Part shown: positions 1-10,362 of the stretch, piece by piece
Layout of the letters: every line of letters starts with the position of its first letter
How positions within the stretch are numbered: position 1 is the first letter of the stretch
Source: Nitrosopumilaceae archaeon
GTDB lineage: Archaea; Thermoproteota; Nitrososphaeria; Nitrososphaerales; Nitrosopumilaceae
Assembly (NCBI GenBank): GCA_965214835.1
Contig: CBDCCK010000002.1
Coordinates: 1,888,001 to 1,952,000 of the forward strand
DNA length: 64,000 bases
Direction of reading: 5' to 3'
The notes under the pieces: model-generated
The model's database searches: none
What the model was told of the DNA's origin: nothing
Seen by the model: only the letters and a program-made list of their open reading frames with translations
Translations under genes and position numbers: made by a program

Positions 1-717
1 GTGGGTCCTGCCGCAGTCCTGGGTCCGCACGCGCACACCTATGCACTGCTCTCCATATACGACGCAAGGCCCGACCTGCAGGCAGCATACCCGGAGGTCG
101 TGGCAGGCGATCGTGACGCACTGACTGTCTGGGCGCGCGACTGGGGAATCAACGACTATCCGGATGATCCCGTGGGTCCTGCCGCAGTCCTGGGTCCGCA
201 CGCGCACACCTATGCACTGCTCTCCATATACGACGCAAGGCCCGACCTGCAGGCAGCATACCCGGAGGTCGTGGCAGGCGATCGTGACGCACTGACTGTC
301 TGGGCGCGCGACTGGGGAATCAACGACTATCCGGATGATCCCGTGGGTCCTGCCGCAGTCCTGGGTCCGCACGCGCACACCTATGCACTGCTCTCCATAT
401 ACGACGCAAGGCCCGACCTGCAGGCAGCATACCCGGAGGTCGTGGCAGGCGATCGTGACGCACTGACTGTCTGGGCGCGCGACTGGGGAATCAACGACTA
501 TCCGGATGATCCCGTGGGTCCTGCCGCAGTCCTGGGTTCGCACGCGCACACCTATGCACTGCTCTCCATATACGACGCAAGGCCCGACCTGCAGGCAGCA
601 TACCCGGAGGTCGTGGCAGGCGATCGTGACGCACTGATCAAGTGGATACGGGATTACGGGATAACTGAATATCCGTCTGTCCTAGGCCCATATGCACACA
701 TCTATGGTAGAGACTAA
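1..717 (+). CDS. C-terminal end (5' truncated) of a probable surface protein with >=4 tandem 57-aa 'RPDLQAAYPE' repeats
   Basis: 171-bp near-perfect tandem repeat in frame; same unit as the C-terminus of 4458..10226. Confidence 0.85.
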   Translation: MGPAAVLGPHAHTYALLSIYDARPDLQAAYPEVVAGDRDALTVWARDWGINDYPDDPVGPAAVLGPHAHTYALLSIYDARPDLQAAYPEVVAGDRDALTVWARDWGINDYPDDPVGPAAVLGPHAHTYALLSIYDARPDLQAAYPEVVAGDRDALTVWARDWGINDYPDDPVGPAAVLGSHAHTYALLSIYDARPDLQAAYPEVVAGDRDALIKWIRDYGITEYPSVLGPYAHIYGRD

Positions 718-730
718 ATGTCTTAAAACG

Positions 731-860
731 GGGGTTGTCGCCTAATTCCACCTGCCGGACTCAATCCGCACATTTTTCTGAATCTCCACCATTTTTGCAC
801 GCCTAGTCCGGATAACATCATATGATTTTCAGAAATTCTGATGAATTAGGCGACAACCCC
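731..860. mobile_element. MITE family B (130 bp)
   Basis: TIR GGGGTTGTCGCCTAATTC at both ends; 9-bp TSD CTTAAAACG (722-730, 861-869); second copy at 31014..31143. Confidence 0.92.
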
Positions 861-969
861 CTTAAAACGTAACAGGCTCATGTATGAACACGATATCGCG
901 TATCTGACACCGGCCGCATCCAGCTCGGAGATGACTGCTGCCGAAAAGAACTCGCGGTCTAGCATCACG

Positions 970-1080
970 GTAATAGCTCGGGCTCTGGAAGCTGCTCCTA
1001 ATTTCAGGCACGAGTCTGCCCGGGAGGCCTCTCCGAGGTGGCAAAACCCATGCCTGAACTTCCAGAACCCGAGCTGCTAC
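970..1080. mobile_element. MITE family E (~110 bp)
   Basis: Imperfect TIR around AGCTCGGGCTCTGGAAG; near-TSD GCATCACG/GCATCGCG; inverted copy at 40258..40366 and half copy at ~12503..12550. Confidence 0.8.
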
Positions 1081-1277
1081 GCATCGCGACTCCGAGATCG
1101 GCCCCGCGCGGCGTGCAGAATCGATGATTTTACGCACGAAATCGGCCGTATCCTCAAGGGGTCGGCATGTGCAGTGTTCCCAGCACAAGGCGGCAGTGGC
1201 TCACTATACACTGTGTGGTGATGTACTGCTAAAAGACTATCGTCCCACTCTTCTTCTTGGAGCGGATCAGCTCCCTG

Positions 1278-1414
1278 AGAGGTGATCCAAAATTAGAAAC
1301 AATGTAAATTTTTCATGTAATTTCACAGATAGTTTGTATATTGTTGATGTTTTGAGCCGTTCTATGCAAATTCGTTCACAAATAATCAGAGTTTGCTAAT
1401 TTCGAATCAACTCT
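1278..1414. mobile_element. MITE family A (~137 bp)
   Basis: TIR AGAGGTGATCCAAAATTAG / CTAATTTCGAATCAACTCT; 3-bp TSD CTG; five close copies in the window. Confidence 0.9.
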
Positions 1415-1630
1415 CTGAGATCGTCGGCAGCGAGCCCGAACGGCCAGTCCCACACAGAGGAGGACTCCATGACGTATTTGGCGTCCTCCGAAATCCCTGC
1501 AAACGCCCTTCTTATCTCGCCGTCCTTGTTGCTGATTTTTGTGTTCCTCAGCACCTTGCCGCTCTTGTCCATCACCGCAACTTGGATGAACTCCTTGTAC
1601 ACGTCTAGGCCTACGTACTGCTGCTACACC
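1415..1630 (-). pseudogene. IS110-family transposase N-terminal remnant
   Basis: YVGLDVYKEFIQVAVMDKSG...YVMESSSVW, the DEDD RuvC-like N-terminus; ends at MITE A. Confidence 0.8.
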
Positions 1631-1735
1631 GCCTTTGGTTTCACGCGTGTCCTCTTTTTTGCGGTAATCTGCATGTTTGCATTGCCTCTTATCTTGGCAC
1701 CGCCTGAATTTCGTCTTTGAGGCACATATGGTTAC

Positions 1736-2636
1736 TCACTTGTTCTTTAAAATCATAAACACAAAGTCACTATCGATTACTTTTTCTTTAATTAACAACT
1801 GCTCTGTGTTGTATAGCAGTTTTAGAATCAACGAGTCTTTTTCGTTGCTAGGATCAAAATTTCCTACAATACAGTCCATCGCAAATTGCAACAGCGTCCC
1901 GCCATACTTTCGTTCGTAAACTACTTTGAAATTTTCTTTTAGCAATCTTGTTATTTCTCCTGATCTGATGGACTCTGAAGGATCATCTTTTTCAATCACT
2001 GCCGGTTTTTCTCTGTACGTGCTTTTTCTAATTCTTCCATCAACCACGCTTGTTTTGTAATTATCCGTCAAGTTACTCAAAACCCAATTCATTAATTCGA
2101 CTTGTTTGTCGGTAAACTGATATCGTGACGGCCCAACATACTCATTTATTATGAACAGCCCCTCTGGCTTGAGGGCCCGTCTTACCTCCCCGAACAGCTC
2201 TTCTAATCTCTCTACGTGATGTATCGAATGCCATCCAAAAATTGCATCAAACGACCCTTTTTCTAATTTTATATTGTTAAGATTCGCCTCTTCATACTCT
2301 ATGCTTTGAGCCAGTCCGTCTCTTGCAGCTTCCTTTTTTGCGACTTTGATTGCATCTGCTGATATGTCGACTCCCTTACACCGTTTTGCGGTACCGTTGG
2401 CCGTGATTATTCTTTCTAAACGGCCGCTGCCTGAACCTAGGACTAGGGCACTGTCAAACTCCCCGAATTCTTTCAAAAATGCAAATATGTCTACTGCCTC
2501 ATTGCCTGTTATGGCTTTGTTGATACACTGAATTAGGGTGGGATGTGCACTCCAATGTTTTCGGGGCATGTCTGTTAGCGACTCGTTTGCGCATTTTCCC
2601 CAAACGTCGTTGACTTTTTCCTTGTACGAGGTCAGT
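1736..2636 (-). CDS. Class I SAM-dependent methyltransferase (start uncertain)
   Basis: LVLGSGSG motif I, GVDIS, FDAIFGWHSIHH, LKPEGLFIINEYVGP; AT-rich; the ORF extension to 2821 runs into an IS end. Confidence 0.85.
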
Positions 2637-2749
2637 CCATCTCCCCCCCCGGCAAGCGTGAAAATAGCCGGCGTGCAAATTCGTGTCGAGTTGCAAGGAA
2701 CGCGACCCGTACTTTTGACGTGCTGTCCATTTGAATCATTGCCTGATCT

Positions 2750-3337
2750 CAGTAGATGAAAATGTACCCCCCTTTTTAAATGTCTGATTGTTTTGACAGT
2801 AGATGAAAATGTACCCCGCAAATCCGTCTAACCGGGATCGTGCAGCCGCCGCCCAGCCCCGATCCTGCCTGCATCTGGCACAGAGGCAGCACGAATACAG
2901 GATCACAACATACATGAGTCAGCAGTGTCATGACGCGGGTCTTTGGATCGGCCGAGTCCCTCATTGTCAGCCATATGTTGCATACTGCAAGCTACACGTA
3001 AAACAAAAGCATCCGCATGACAGGATTCCTGCTGACGGTCTGTGGCCTGACGCTCTTGGCACAGCGATATCCCGTCTCGATACCCCACCTATTTTGATAC
3101 TCTTTTGTCACATAGTGAAACAACTGCCGGTAGCCGTGGCAGTGTACCGTGGTCGCAAACACGGGCATCTGTCAAAGATGTTATTTGCCGTGGACTTTGG
3201 GATCTTCCTGATGACCAGAGTGAACGTGAATCTCCTGCCGTCTGATAGCTTTATGGTATACCTTGATACTGCCTTTCTCTTGTCGCAGGCACGCTGTACG
3301 ATGGCCTGCTTTATTTATCCCCGGCGTCTTGACTGCA
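2750..3337 (-). pseudogene. ISH3-family transposase C-terminal remnant with a duplicated end
   Basis: Minus strand reads YQNRWGIETGYRCAKSVRPQTVSRNPVMRMLLFY; CAGTAGATGAAAATGTACCCC occurs twice (2750, 2798); truncated by MITE A. Confidence 0.65.
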
Positions 3338-3338
3338 G

Positions 3339-3475
3339 AGAGGTGATCCGAAATTAGAAACCGTGCGAATTTTTCAAGTAATTTCACAGATAATCTGTAT
3401 TTTGTTGGTGTTTTGAGCCGTTTTATGCAAATTCGTTCACAAATAATCAGAGTTTGCTAATTTCGAATCAACTCT
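3339..3475. mobile_element. MITE family A copy
   Basis: Near-identical to 1278..1414; TSD CAG. Confidence 0.9.
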
Positions 3476-3890
3476 CAGGCATGATGAATGCAAACCCGGC
3501 GCCGTATATGACATCCATTACGTCTACTGAAAAGAACCCCCTGTCAAGCAGGGTGACGCTTTGCCTTGACCCAGGCCTGGACGTAATGCCCAGATCGGCG
3601 CATTTTTGGAGTACAACATCAGGTCCTTTTTATACTGACAAGCCAACTTTTCTGGGCAGCGTCTTATGATCAGATGCCCTTGCAGACATGGCTGAGCATC
3701 AGACATTTGTGACCAGTCATTGCAGGATTGGAATTTGCTGGGGTGATCCATTATCGGCATCCTAGTCAAAGAATTCCGATGGAAATCTTTTTTGATCTTG
3801 CCTGTTTGATCTATTGTACGAAAATTAGGTCGCACTAATTTGAAGAGGATTGCAAAGGATTACTTTAGGCTTTACCGATCAAGAAAACCG

Positions 3891-4126
3891 ATGGTTACAA
3901 GGCTCGAGGCAAAGCAGATCAGATACGCAGTGACGCAGTGTGCAGGGGGACGAAAGCCCTCGGAGGTGGCCCCGGAGATAGGCGTCACGACAAGGCACGT
4001 CCAGCGGATGCATGCCCGGTTCAAGAAGACAGGCGACACGCACCACGTGCCGCTCAAGCCGGGAAGGAAAAGGAGCGCTCTGGTTCCCGACGGGGGCGTT
4101 TTTATCATGTGTTCAACAACAGTCTA
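3891..4126 (+). pseudogene. Transposase HTH remnant (IS481-like) joined to an IS110 end
   Basis: MVTRLEAKQIRYAV...EVAPEIGVTTRHVQRMHARFKKTG...LKPGRKR; 4091-4117 matches the IS110 end at 54388-54415. Confidence 0.55.
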
Positions 4127-4457
4127 ACCCCGAATACATCTTTATTAATTACGCCGGGTTTAATGATAATATCAGAATGAGCGCGTTATACACTACCACA
4201 CTGTCGGTCACCGTTATCAAAACCCCACATGATCACTGGGGGGGGGGGTAGTTGACCCGGGCCCTGCCGTCGGGGCTGGGAAGGGGCCCTCGTTCCGGCG
4301 GCTATGAAAGGCTGGCCTGCGGTTCGGATCCTGACGGCACAGGGGCCGCCATGCATGGGGGTCTTGCCCGTGCGGACTGCTGCAGGTGGCTTGTACAGGA
4401 CAACAAATCAGGCTACGACATGGGAGGCAACACTACAGAGTCCGGAGGTAATCTGCC

Positions 4458-7400
4458 ATGGCCGTAAAACGGCAACGCCCGCCCCGTCGATCTCCTGCAG
4501 GAACCCCCGCACTGTACTTGGCATTTATTGCAGCCGCCGTCTCCGGCCTGGCCGTAGCGGGATCTCTGCAGGAGGTGCACGCGCAGAACCGGATCGAGGT
4601 GATCCCTGCCGGGATGCTAAGTGATCACTCATCATGGCTGCTTGATGGTGCCACCGGCGTAGAAGTCTTTACAATAGGCAGCAAGACATATGCGGCGGTG
4701 ATTGCCTATCAGGACGACGGCCTCCAAATTGTAGACATCTCCAATCCATCTGACCCCTATAACCTTGCAAAGCTGGAAAACAACGGATCTCGGCTACTTG
4801 ATGCCCCCTATGGTGTGGATATATTCAAGATAGGCAGCAAGACCTACGCGGCAATCGCCTCCAGATTCAGCGACGGCCTCCAAATTGTAGACATCTCCAA
4901 TCCCTCCAGCCCGGCTGCCGTCGGAAAGCTGGGAGATAACAACTCCCGACTGCTTGACGGCGCCCATGACGTGGATGTCTTTACGATAGGCAGCAAGACC
5001 TACGCGGCAGTGGCCTCCCTTGAGGATGACGGCCTCCAGATTGTAGACGTCTCCAATCCCTCCAGCCCTACTGCCGTCGGAAAGCTGGGAGATAACAACT
5101 CTAGGGAGCTTGACGGCGCCCGTGGCGTAGACGTCTTTACGATAGGCAGCAAGACCTACGCGGCAGTAGCTGCCAATTATGATGACGGTCTCCAGATTGT
5201 AGACGTCTCCAATCCCTCCAGCCCTACTGCCGTCGGAAAGCTGGGAGATAACAACTCTAGGGAGCTTGACGGCGCCATAGGGGTGGCCGTCTTTACGATA
5301 GGCAGCAAGACCTACGCGGCAGTGGCCTCGTTTGAGGATCGAGGCCTCCAAATTGTAGACGTCTCCGATCCCTCCAGCCCGGCTGCCGTCGGAAAGCTGG
5401 AGAACAGCAACACAAACCTGCTTGACGGCGCCACCGGCGTGGATGTCTTCGTGATGGCTGGCAGGACATACGCGGCGGTGGCATCTGCCTTCGATAATGG
5501 TCTCCAGATTGTAGATGTCTCCAATCCCTCCAGCCCAACTGCCGACGGAAAGCTGAAAGACAACAACTCTAGGGTACTTGGCGGCGCCGTCGCCGTGGAC
5601 ATCTTCATGATGGGCGACAGGACCTACGCGGCAGTCGCCTCGGATAGCGATGATGGCCTCCAGCTGATACAGCTTCGCGATCGTATAAAGCCCGGGTTTG
5701 TCTCGGCCGCACTAGACGAGAACACGGGCCTCATGATGATTACCCTCGATGAACCCATAGACACATCGGATACTGATCTCTCCAAGCTGTACGTCAGCGA
5801 TGCGGGCAGGACAAACGAGGTGGTTCTGACGGGGGCTACCTTTGATGATACGGTGCCGGACTTAGACACGATAACATTTACGCTTACCAACACCCAGCTT
5901 GACGACATAATCCCGATGGCAACGCCGCAGCTTGACATTGCCGCAGGCGCAGTGGAGGATCTTGCCGCAAACGCCATAGACGCGGCGCCTGACAATGCAA
6001 TCACGACGGCAAGCCCGGACAGCCCGATCCCGTCCGGAAGGCTGACCGACAGCCCGCAGGTGCATCTTGACAAGTCCCGCAGCGTGGACGTCTTCACGCT
6101 AGGCGGCAAGATCTACGCCGTCGCCGTATCCAGCACCGAGGATGCCATCCAGATTGTTGACATCAGCAGTCCCGACAGGCCTCGGGCCCGCGGCAGTCTT
6201 GATACGACTGACTCACCTACGCTGTTGCTTGACGGCGCCCGCGCAGTGGATACATTCACGACGGGCGGCAAGACCTACGCCGTCGTGGCCTCGCATGCCG
6301 ATGACGGCATCCAGATAGTCCGCGTCTCGGATCTTACGCATCCGCAGCCTGCCGGGAGGCTGGATGACAACAAATCCCGGCTGCTTGACGGTGCCAACGG
6401 CGTCAACGTCTTTAGGATAGGCACGGGCATCTATGCTGCAGTCACCTCCCAGTACGACGGCGGTCTTCAGATCATAGACGTCACCAATCCCGACAGTCCG
6501 ACAGAGGCCGGAAAGCTGGAGGACGGTACCTTCCGGCTGCTTGATGACACCACCGACGTGGACACCTTCAGAGTGGGCGGCTCCACCTATGCAGTCGTAT
6601 CCTCTTGGGTTGACAAAGGCATCCAGATTGTGGATGTAAGCAATCCGGACAGTCCGAGAGAGTCCGAGGTTCTGAAAGACAACAATGACCTGCTACTCGA
6701 CGGAATACGTGCAGTGGACGCCTTTGAGGTGGGGGGCACCGCATATGCTGCAGTGGCATCGCACACCGACGGAGGTCTTCAGATCATAGACGTCTCCAAT
6801 CCTGCCAGCCCTGCAGCGGCCGGAAAGCTTGCAGACACCGACGACCTGTTGCTTGGTGGTGCCAGCGGCGTGGAGATCTTCAGGGTGGGCAAGGCCGTCT
6901 ATGCCGCAGTGGCCTCCCAGTACGACGGCGGCCTCCAGATTGTGGATGTCTCCGATCCCGACAATCCGACAGCGGCCGGATCCCTGGAGGACGGCCCGGA
7001 ACTGTCGCTTGCAGCGGCCCGGAATCTGTCCGTGTTCACCCACGGAGGGGATCTGTACGCCGCAGTGGTCTCCGACACGGAGGGACTCCAGATAGTAAAG
7101 CTTGCCGAGGACGATCTCGAGTTTGTATCGGCGACGCTTGACGCGGCCACGGGCAAGATGACGGTTACCTTCACTAAGACCATAGATGTATCAGATACGA
7201 AACTGTCAAAGATGTATGTCAGCGATGCCGGCAAGACAAACGAGGTGGTCCTAAGCGGGGCGACCTTTGACAAAACGACACGTGACTCGGAGACCATATC
7301 ACTTACGCTTGTCCCGGCCCAGCTAGACGACATAACACGGATGGCGGCCCCGCAGCTTGACATAGCAGCCGGCGCCGTGTCAGACGTATCGGGTAATGAC

Positions 7401-10226
7401 ATAGCCGCGGCGTCTGACAACCCGGTCACGGTGGCCATCGTGATGACCCCGGTCGGGAATATAAGTGACGACCACTCGTTACTGCTTGATTCTGCCCGCG
7501 CAGTGGATACGTTTACGATAGGCAGCAGGATCTACGCGGCAGTGGCGGCCTCATCTGACGACGGTCTCCAGCTGGTCGATATCTCCGATCCCTCCAGTCC
7601 CATCGCCGCCGGGCATCTTGAGGATACCGAGGGCAGCAACGAGCTGCTGCTTGATGGTTCCAACGACGTGAACGTCTTTGTAATCGGCAGCAGGACATAT
7701 GCCGCAGTGACCACCGCATCTGACCACGGCCTCCAGATTGTAGACGTCTCCAATCCCTCCAGCCCGACTGCCGCCGGAAAACTGGCAGACAACAGCTCTA
7801 GGGAGCTTAAAGGCGCCACAGGGGTGGCCGTCTTTACGATAGGCGGCAAGACCTACGCGGCAGTGGCGGCCTCATCTGACGACGGTCTCCAGCTGGTCGA
7901 TATCTCCGATCCCACCAACCCGACTGCCGCCGGAAATCTGGGGGATACCAACTCTAGGCTGCTTGACGGTGCCTCTGACGTGGCCGTCTTTACGATAGGC
8001 GGCAAGACCTACGCGGCAGTGGCCTCATCTGCCTCTGACGACGGTCTCCAGCTGGTCGATATCTCCGATCCCACCAACCCGACTGCCGCCGGGCAGCTGG
8101 CAGCTACCAAATCTAGGCTGCTTGACGGCGTCGAGGGCCTAGACATCTTTACAACGGGTGGCAAGACCTACGCCGTCGTGACAGCCAGATTTGACGACGC
8201 CCTCCAGATTATAGACATCACCGATCCCGACAAACCTGTAGCTGCAGGGAACCTGGTGGACGGCGGCAACCTGCGGCTTGGCTCTCCCTTTGACGTGGAT
8301 GTCTTCACGCTAGACGGCAAGACCTACGCCGCAGTCACGTCGTTTGCTGATGACACACTCCAGATCATAGATGTCACCAATCCTGCCGGTCCGGCCGCCG
8401 CCGGCAGTCTGAGAGACGGAGGTTCTCTGAATCTTAACGGCATCGATGCCGTGAACGTTTTTACAGTCGGAGCGGACACCTACGCTGCAGTCGCCGCCCA
8501 ACTGGATGACGGTCTCCAGATGGTGAGGCTGAGCTCATGGGGGACATCCAACACCCCACCGGTGGCACCATCCGCGACGGCAACCACTGCAGAGGACACG
8601 TCTGTAACCATAACTCCGAACATATCGGATCCGGACACATCAGATACCCCGAGGATATCGGCAGTAGAGAACCCGCCCAACGGGACTGTTATACATGATG
8701 ATACCACCATAACTTATACGCCCGATCAGGGCTATACGGGCACCGATACGTTCGGATATACGGTAACTGATGGCACCGACTCTGTACAAGGCACGGTAAC
8801 GGTAACCGTCACACGCGACAACAACACCTCAAAGGCAATATCTGACCTGCTGAGCATCTACCACGCAAGGCCGGATCTGCAGGCAGCATACCCGGAGGCC
8901 GGCTCCAACAACGATATGACGGGACTACTTAGGTGGGCATGGCAGTACGGAATTGTTGACTATCCTGCAGACCCCAACGGCCCGCATGCAGTCCTGGGCC
9001 CGCACGCGCACACCTATGCACTGCTCTCCATATACGACGCAAGGCCCGACCTGCAGGCAGCATACCCGGAGGTCGTGGCAGGCGATCGTGACGCACTGAC
9101 TGTCTGGGCGCGCGACTGGGGAATCAACGACTATCCAAATGATCCGGTGGGTCCTGCCGCAGTCCTGGGCCCGCACGCGCACACCTATGCACTGCTCTCC
9201 ATATACGACGCAAGGCCCGACCTGCAGGCAGCATACCCGGAGGTCGTGGCAGGCGATCGTGACGCACTGACTGTCTGGGCGCGCGACTGGGGAATCAACG
9301 ACTATCCAAATGATCCGGTGGGTCCTGCCGCAGTCCTGGGCCCGCACGCGCACACCTATGCACTGCTCTCCATATACGACGCAAGGCCCGACCTGCAGGC
9401 AGCATACCCGGAGGTCGTGGCAGGCGACCACACAGCACTGACTGTCTGGGCGCGCGACTGGGGAATCAACGACTATCCAAATGATCCGGTGGGTCCTGCC
9501 GCAGTCCTGGGCCCGCACGCGCACACCTATGCACTGCTCTCCATATACGACGCAAGGCCCGACCTGCAGGCAGCATACCCGGAGGTCGTGGCAGGCGACC
9601 ACACAGCACTGACTGTCTGGGCGCGCGACTGGGGAATCAACGACTATCCAAATGATCCGGTGGGTCCTGCCGCAGTCCTGGGCCCGCACGCGCACACCTA
9701 TGCACTGCTCTCCATATACGACGCAAGGCCCGACCTGCAGGCAGCATACCCGGAGGTCGTGGCAGGCGACCACACAGCACTGACTGTCTGGGCGCGCGAC
9801 TGGGGAATCAACGACTATCCGGATGATCCGGTGGGTCCTGCAGCGGTTCTGGGCCCGCACGCGCACACCTACGCACTGCTCTCCATATACGACGCAAGGC
9901 CGGATCTGCAGGCCGCATATCCTGAGGCTGCCTCCGGCGACATGGCCGGGCTGACTGTCTGGGCGCGCGACTGGGGAATCAACGACTATCCGGATGATCC
10001 GGTGGGTCCTGCCGCAGTCCTGGGCCCGCACGCGCACACCTACGCACTGCTCTCCATATACGACGCAAGGCCCGACCTGCAGGCAGCATATCCTGAGGCT
10101 GCCTCCGGCGACATGGCCGGGCTGACTGTCTGGGCGCGCGACTGGGGAATCAACGACTATCCGGATGATCCGGTGGGTCCTGCAGCGGTTCTGGGCCCGT
10201 ACGCACACGACTATGGTGATGATTAA
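4458..10226 (+). CDS. 1922-aa surface protein: signal peptide, three LVIVD-like repeat beta-propeller blocks, Ig-like spacers, a cadherin-like domain and 8 C-terminal 57-aa repeats
   Basis: Hydrophobic N-terminus ending EVHA; ~52-aa repeats YAAVAS..DDGLQIVDVSNPSSP; NTPPVA..TAEDT..ITYTPD..YTGTDTFGYTV; 171-bp array. Confidence 0.92.
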   Translation: MAVKRQRPPRRSPAGTPALYLAFIAAAVSGLAVAGSLQEVHAQNRIEVIPAGMLSDHSSWLLDGATGVEVFTIGSKTYAAVIAYQDDGLQIVDISNPSDPYNLAKLENNGSRLLDAPYGVDIFKIGSKTYAAIASRFSDGLQIVDISNPSSPAAVGKLGDNNSRLLDGAHDVDVFTIGSKTYAAVASLEDDGLQIVDVSNPSSPTAVGKLGDNNSRELDGARGVDVFTIGSKTYAAVAANYDDGLQIVDVSNPSSPTAVGKLGDNNSRELDGAIGVAVFTIGSKTYAAVASFEDRGLQIVDVSDPSSPAAVGKLENSNTNLLDGATGVDVFVMAGRTYAAVASAFDNGLQIVDVSNPSSPTADGKLKDNNSRVLGGAVAVDIFMMGDRTYAAVASDSDDGLQLIQLRDRIKPGFVSAALDENTGLMMITLDEPIDTSDTDLSKLYVSDAGRTNEVVLTGATFDDTVPDLDTITFTLTNTQLDDIIPMATPQLDIAAGAVEDLAANAIDAAPDNAITTASPDSPIPSGRLTDSPQVHLDKSRSVDVFTLGGKIYAVAVSSTEDAIQIVDISSPDRPRARGSLDTTDSPTLLLDGARAVDTFTTGGKTYAVVASHADDGIQIVRVSDLTHPQPAGRLDDNKSRLLDGANGVNVFRIGTGIYAAVTSQYDGGLQIIDVTNPDSPTEAGKLEDGTFRLLDDTTDVDTFRVGGSTYAVVSSWVDKGIQIVDVSNPDSPRESEVLKDNNDLLLDGIRAVDAFEVGGTAYAAVASHTDGGLQIIDVSNPASPAAAGKLADTDDLLLGGASGVEIFRVGKAVYAAVASQYDGGLQIVDVSDPDNPTAAGSLEDGPELSLAAARNLSVFTHGGDLYAAVVSDTEGLQIVKLAEDDLEFVSATLDAATGKMTVTFTKTIDVSDTKLSKMYVSDAGKTNEVVLSGATFDKTTRDSETISLTLVPAQLDDITRMAAPQLDIAAGAVSDVSGNDIAAASDNPVTVAIVMTPVGNISDDHSLLLDSARAVDTFTIGSRIYAAVAASSDDGLQLVDISDPSSPIAAGHLEDTEGSNELLLDGSNDVNVFVIGSRTYAAVTTASDHGLQIVDVSNPSSPTAAGKLADNSSRELKGATGVAVFTIGGKTYAAVAASSDDGLQLVDISDPTNPTAAGNLGDTNSRLLDGASDVAVFTIGGKTYAAVASSASDDGLQLVDISDPTNPTAAGQLAATKSRLLDGVEGLDIFTTGGKTYAVVTARFDDALQIIDITDPDKPVAAGNLVDGGNLRLGSPFDVDVFTLDGKTYAAVTSFADDTLQIIDVTNPAGPAAAGSLRDGGSLNLNGIDAVNVFTVGADTYAAVAAQLDDGLQMVRLSSWGTSNTPPVAPSATATTAEDTSVTITPNISDPDTSDTPRISAVENPPNGTVIHDDTTITYTPDQGYTGTDTFGYTVTDGTDSVQGTVTVTVTRDNNTSKAISDLLSIYHARPDLQAAYPEAGSNNDMTGLLRWAWQYGIVDYPADPNGPHAVLGPHAHTYALLSIYDARPDLQAAYPEVVAGDRDALTVWARDWGINDYPNDPVGPAAVLGPHAHTYALLSIYDARPDLQAAYPEVVAGDRDALTVWARDWGINDYPNDPVGPAAVLGPHAHTYALLSIYDARPDLQAAYPEVVAGDHTALTVWARDWGINDYPNDPVGPAAVLGPHAHTYALLSIYDARPDLQAAYPEVVAGDHTALTVWARDWGINDYPNDPVGPAAVLGPHAHTYALLSIYDARPDLQAAYPEVVAGDHTALTVWARDWGINDYPDDPVGPAAVLGPHAHTYALLSIYDARPDLQAAYPEAASGDMAGLTVWARDWGINDYPDDPVGPAAVLGPHAHTYALLSIYDARPDLQAAYPEAASGDMAGLTVWARDWGINDYPDDPVGPAAVLGPYAHDYGDD
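8845..10215 (+). repeat. 171-bp coding tandem repeat (1 divergent + 7 near-identical units)
   Basis: CTGCTCTCCATATACGACGCAAGG recurs at 9021, 9192, 9363, 9534, 9705, 9876, 10047. Confidence 0.95.
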
Positions 10227-10242
10227 GAGGCACATGTTATGT

Positions 10243-10362
10243 CAGTCTTCCCAGAAGTGCCACATCGAATCATCCTAGGCTCGAAACAATTCAAATGAGA
10301 ATGCCTGCAGATCCGCATGTCGTCTACTGCACCACCACAGTCGGTTACTTTTGGGAATGCTG
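10243..10362. mobile_element. MITE family D (120 bp)
   Basis: TIR CAGTCTTCCCAGAAGT / ACTTTTGGGAATGCTG; second copy at 17577..17697, partial end at ~45228. Confidence 0.85.

Noticed and set aside
2750-2818. 21-bp direct repeat with a 27-bp spacer, CRISPR-like
   Set aside because: Only two copies, no cas genes, and it sits at the end of an ISH3 remnant, so it is better explained as a duplicated IS end
8845-10215. 171-, 84- and 42-bp arrays as CRISPR or DGR template/variable repeats
   Set aside because: No unique spacers, all in-frame coding, no adenine-specific variation evident and no reverse transcriptase in the window
8925-10235. Long antisense and alternative-frame ORFs (also 14904, 38556, 38698, 60085-61327)
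   Set aside because: Shadows of repetitive coding sequence with no independent motifs
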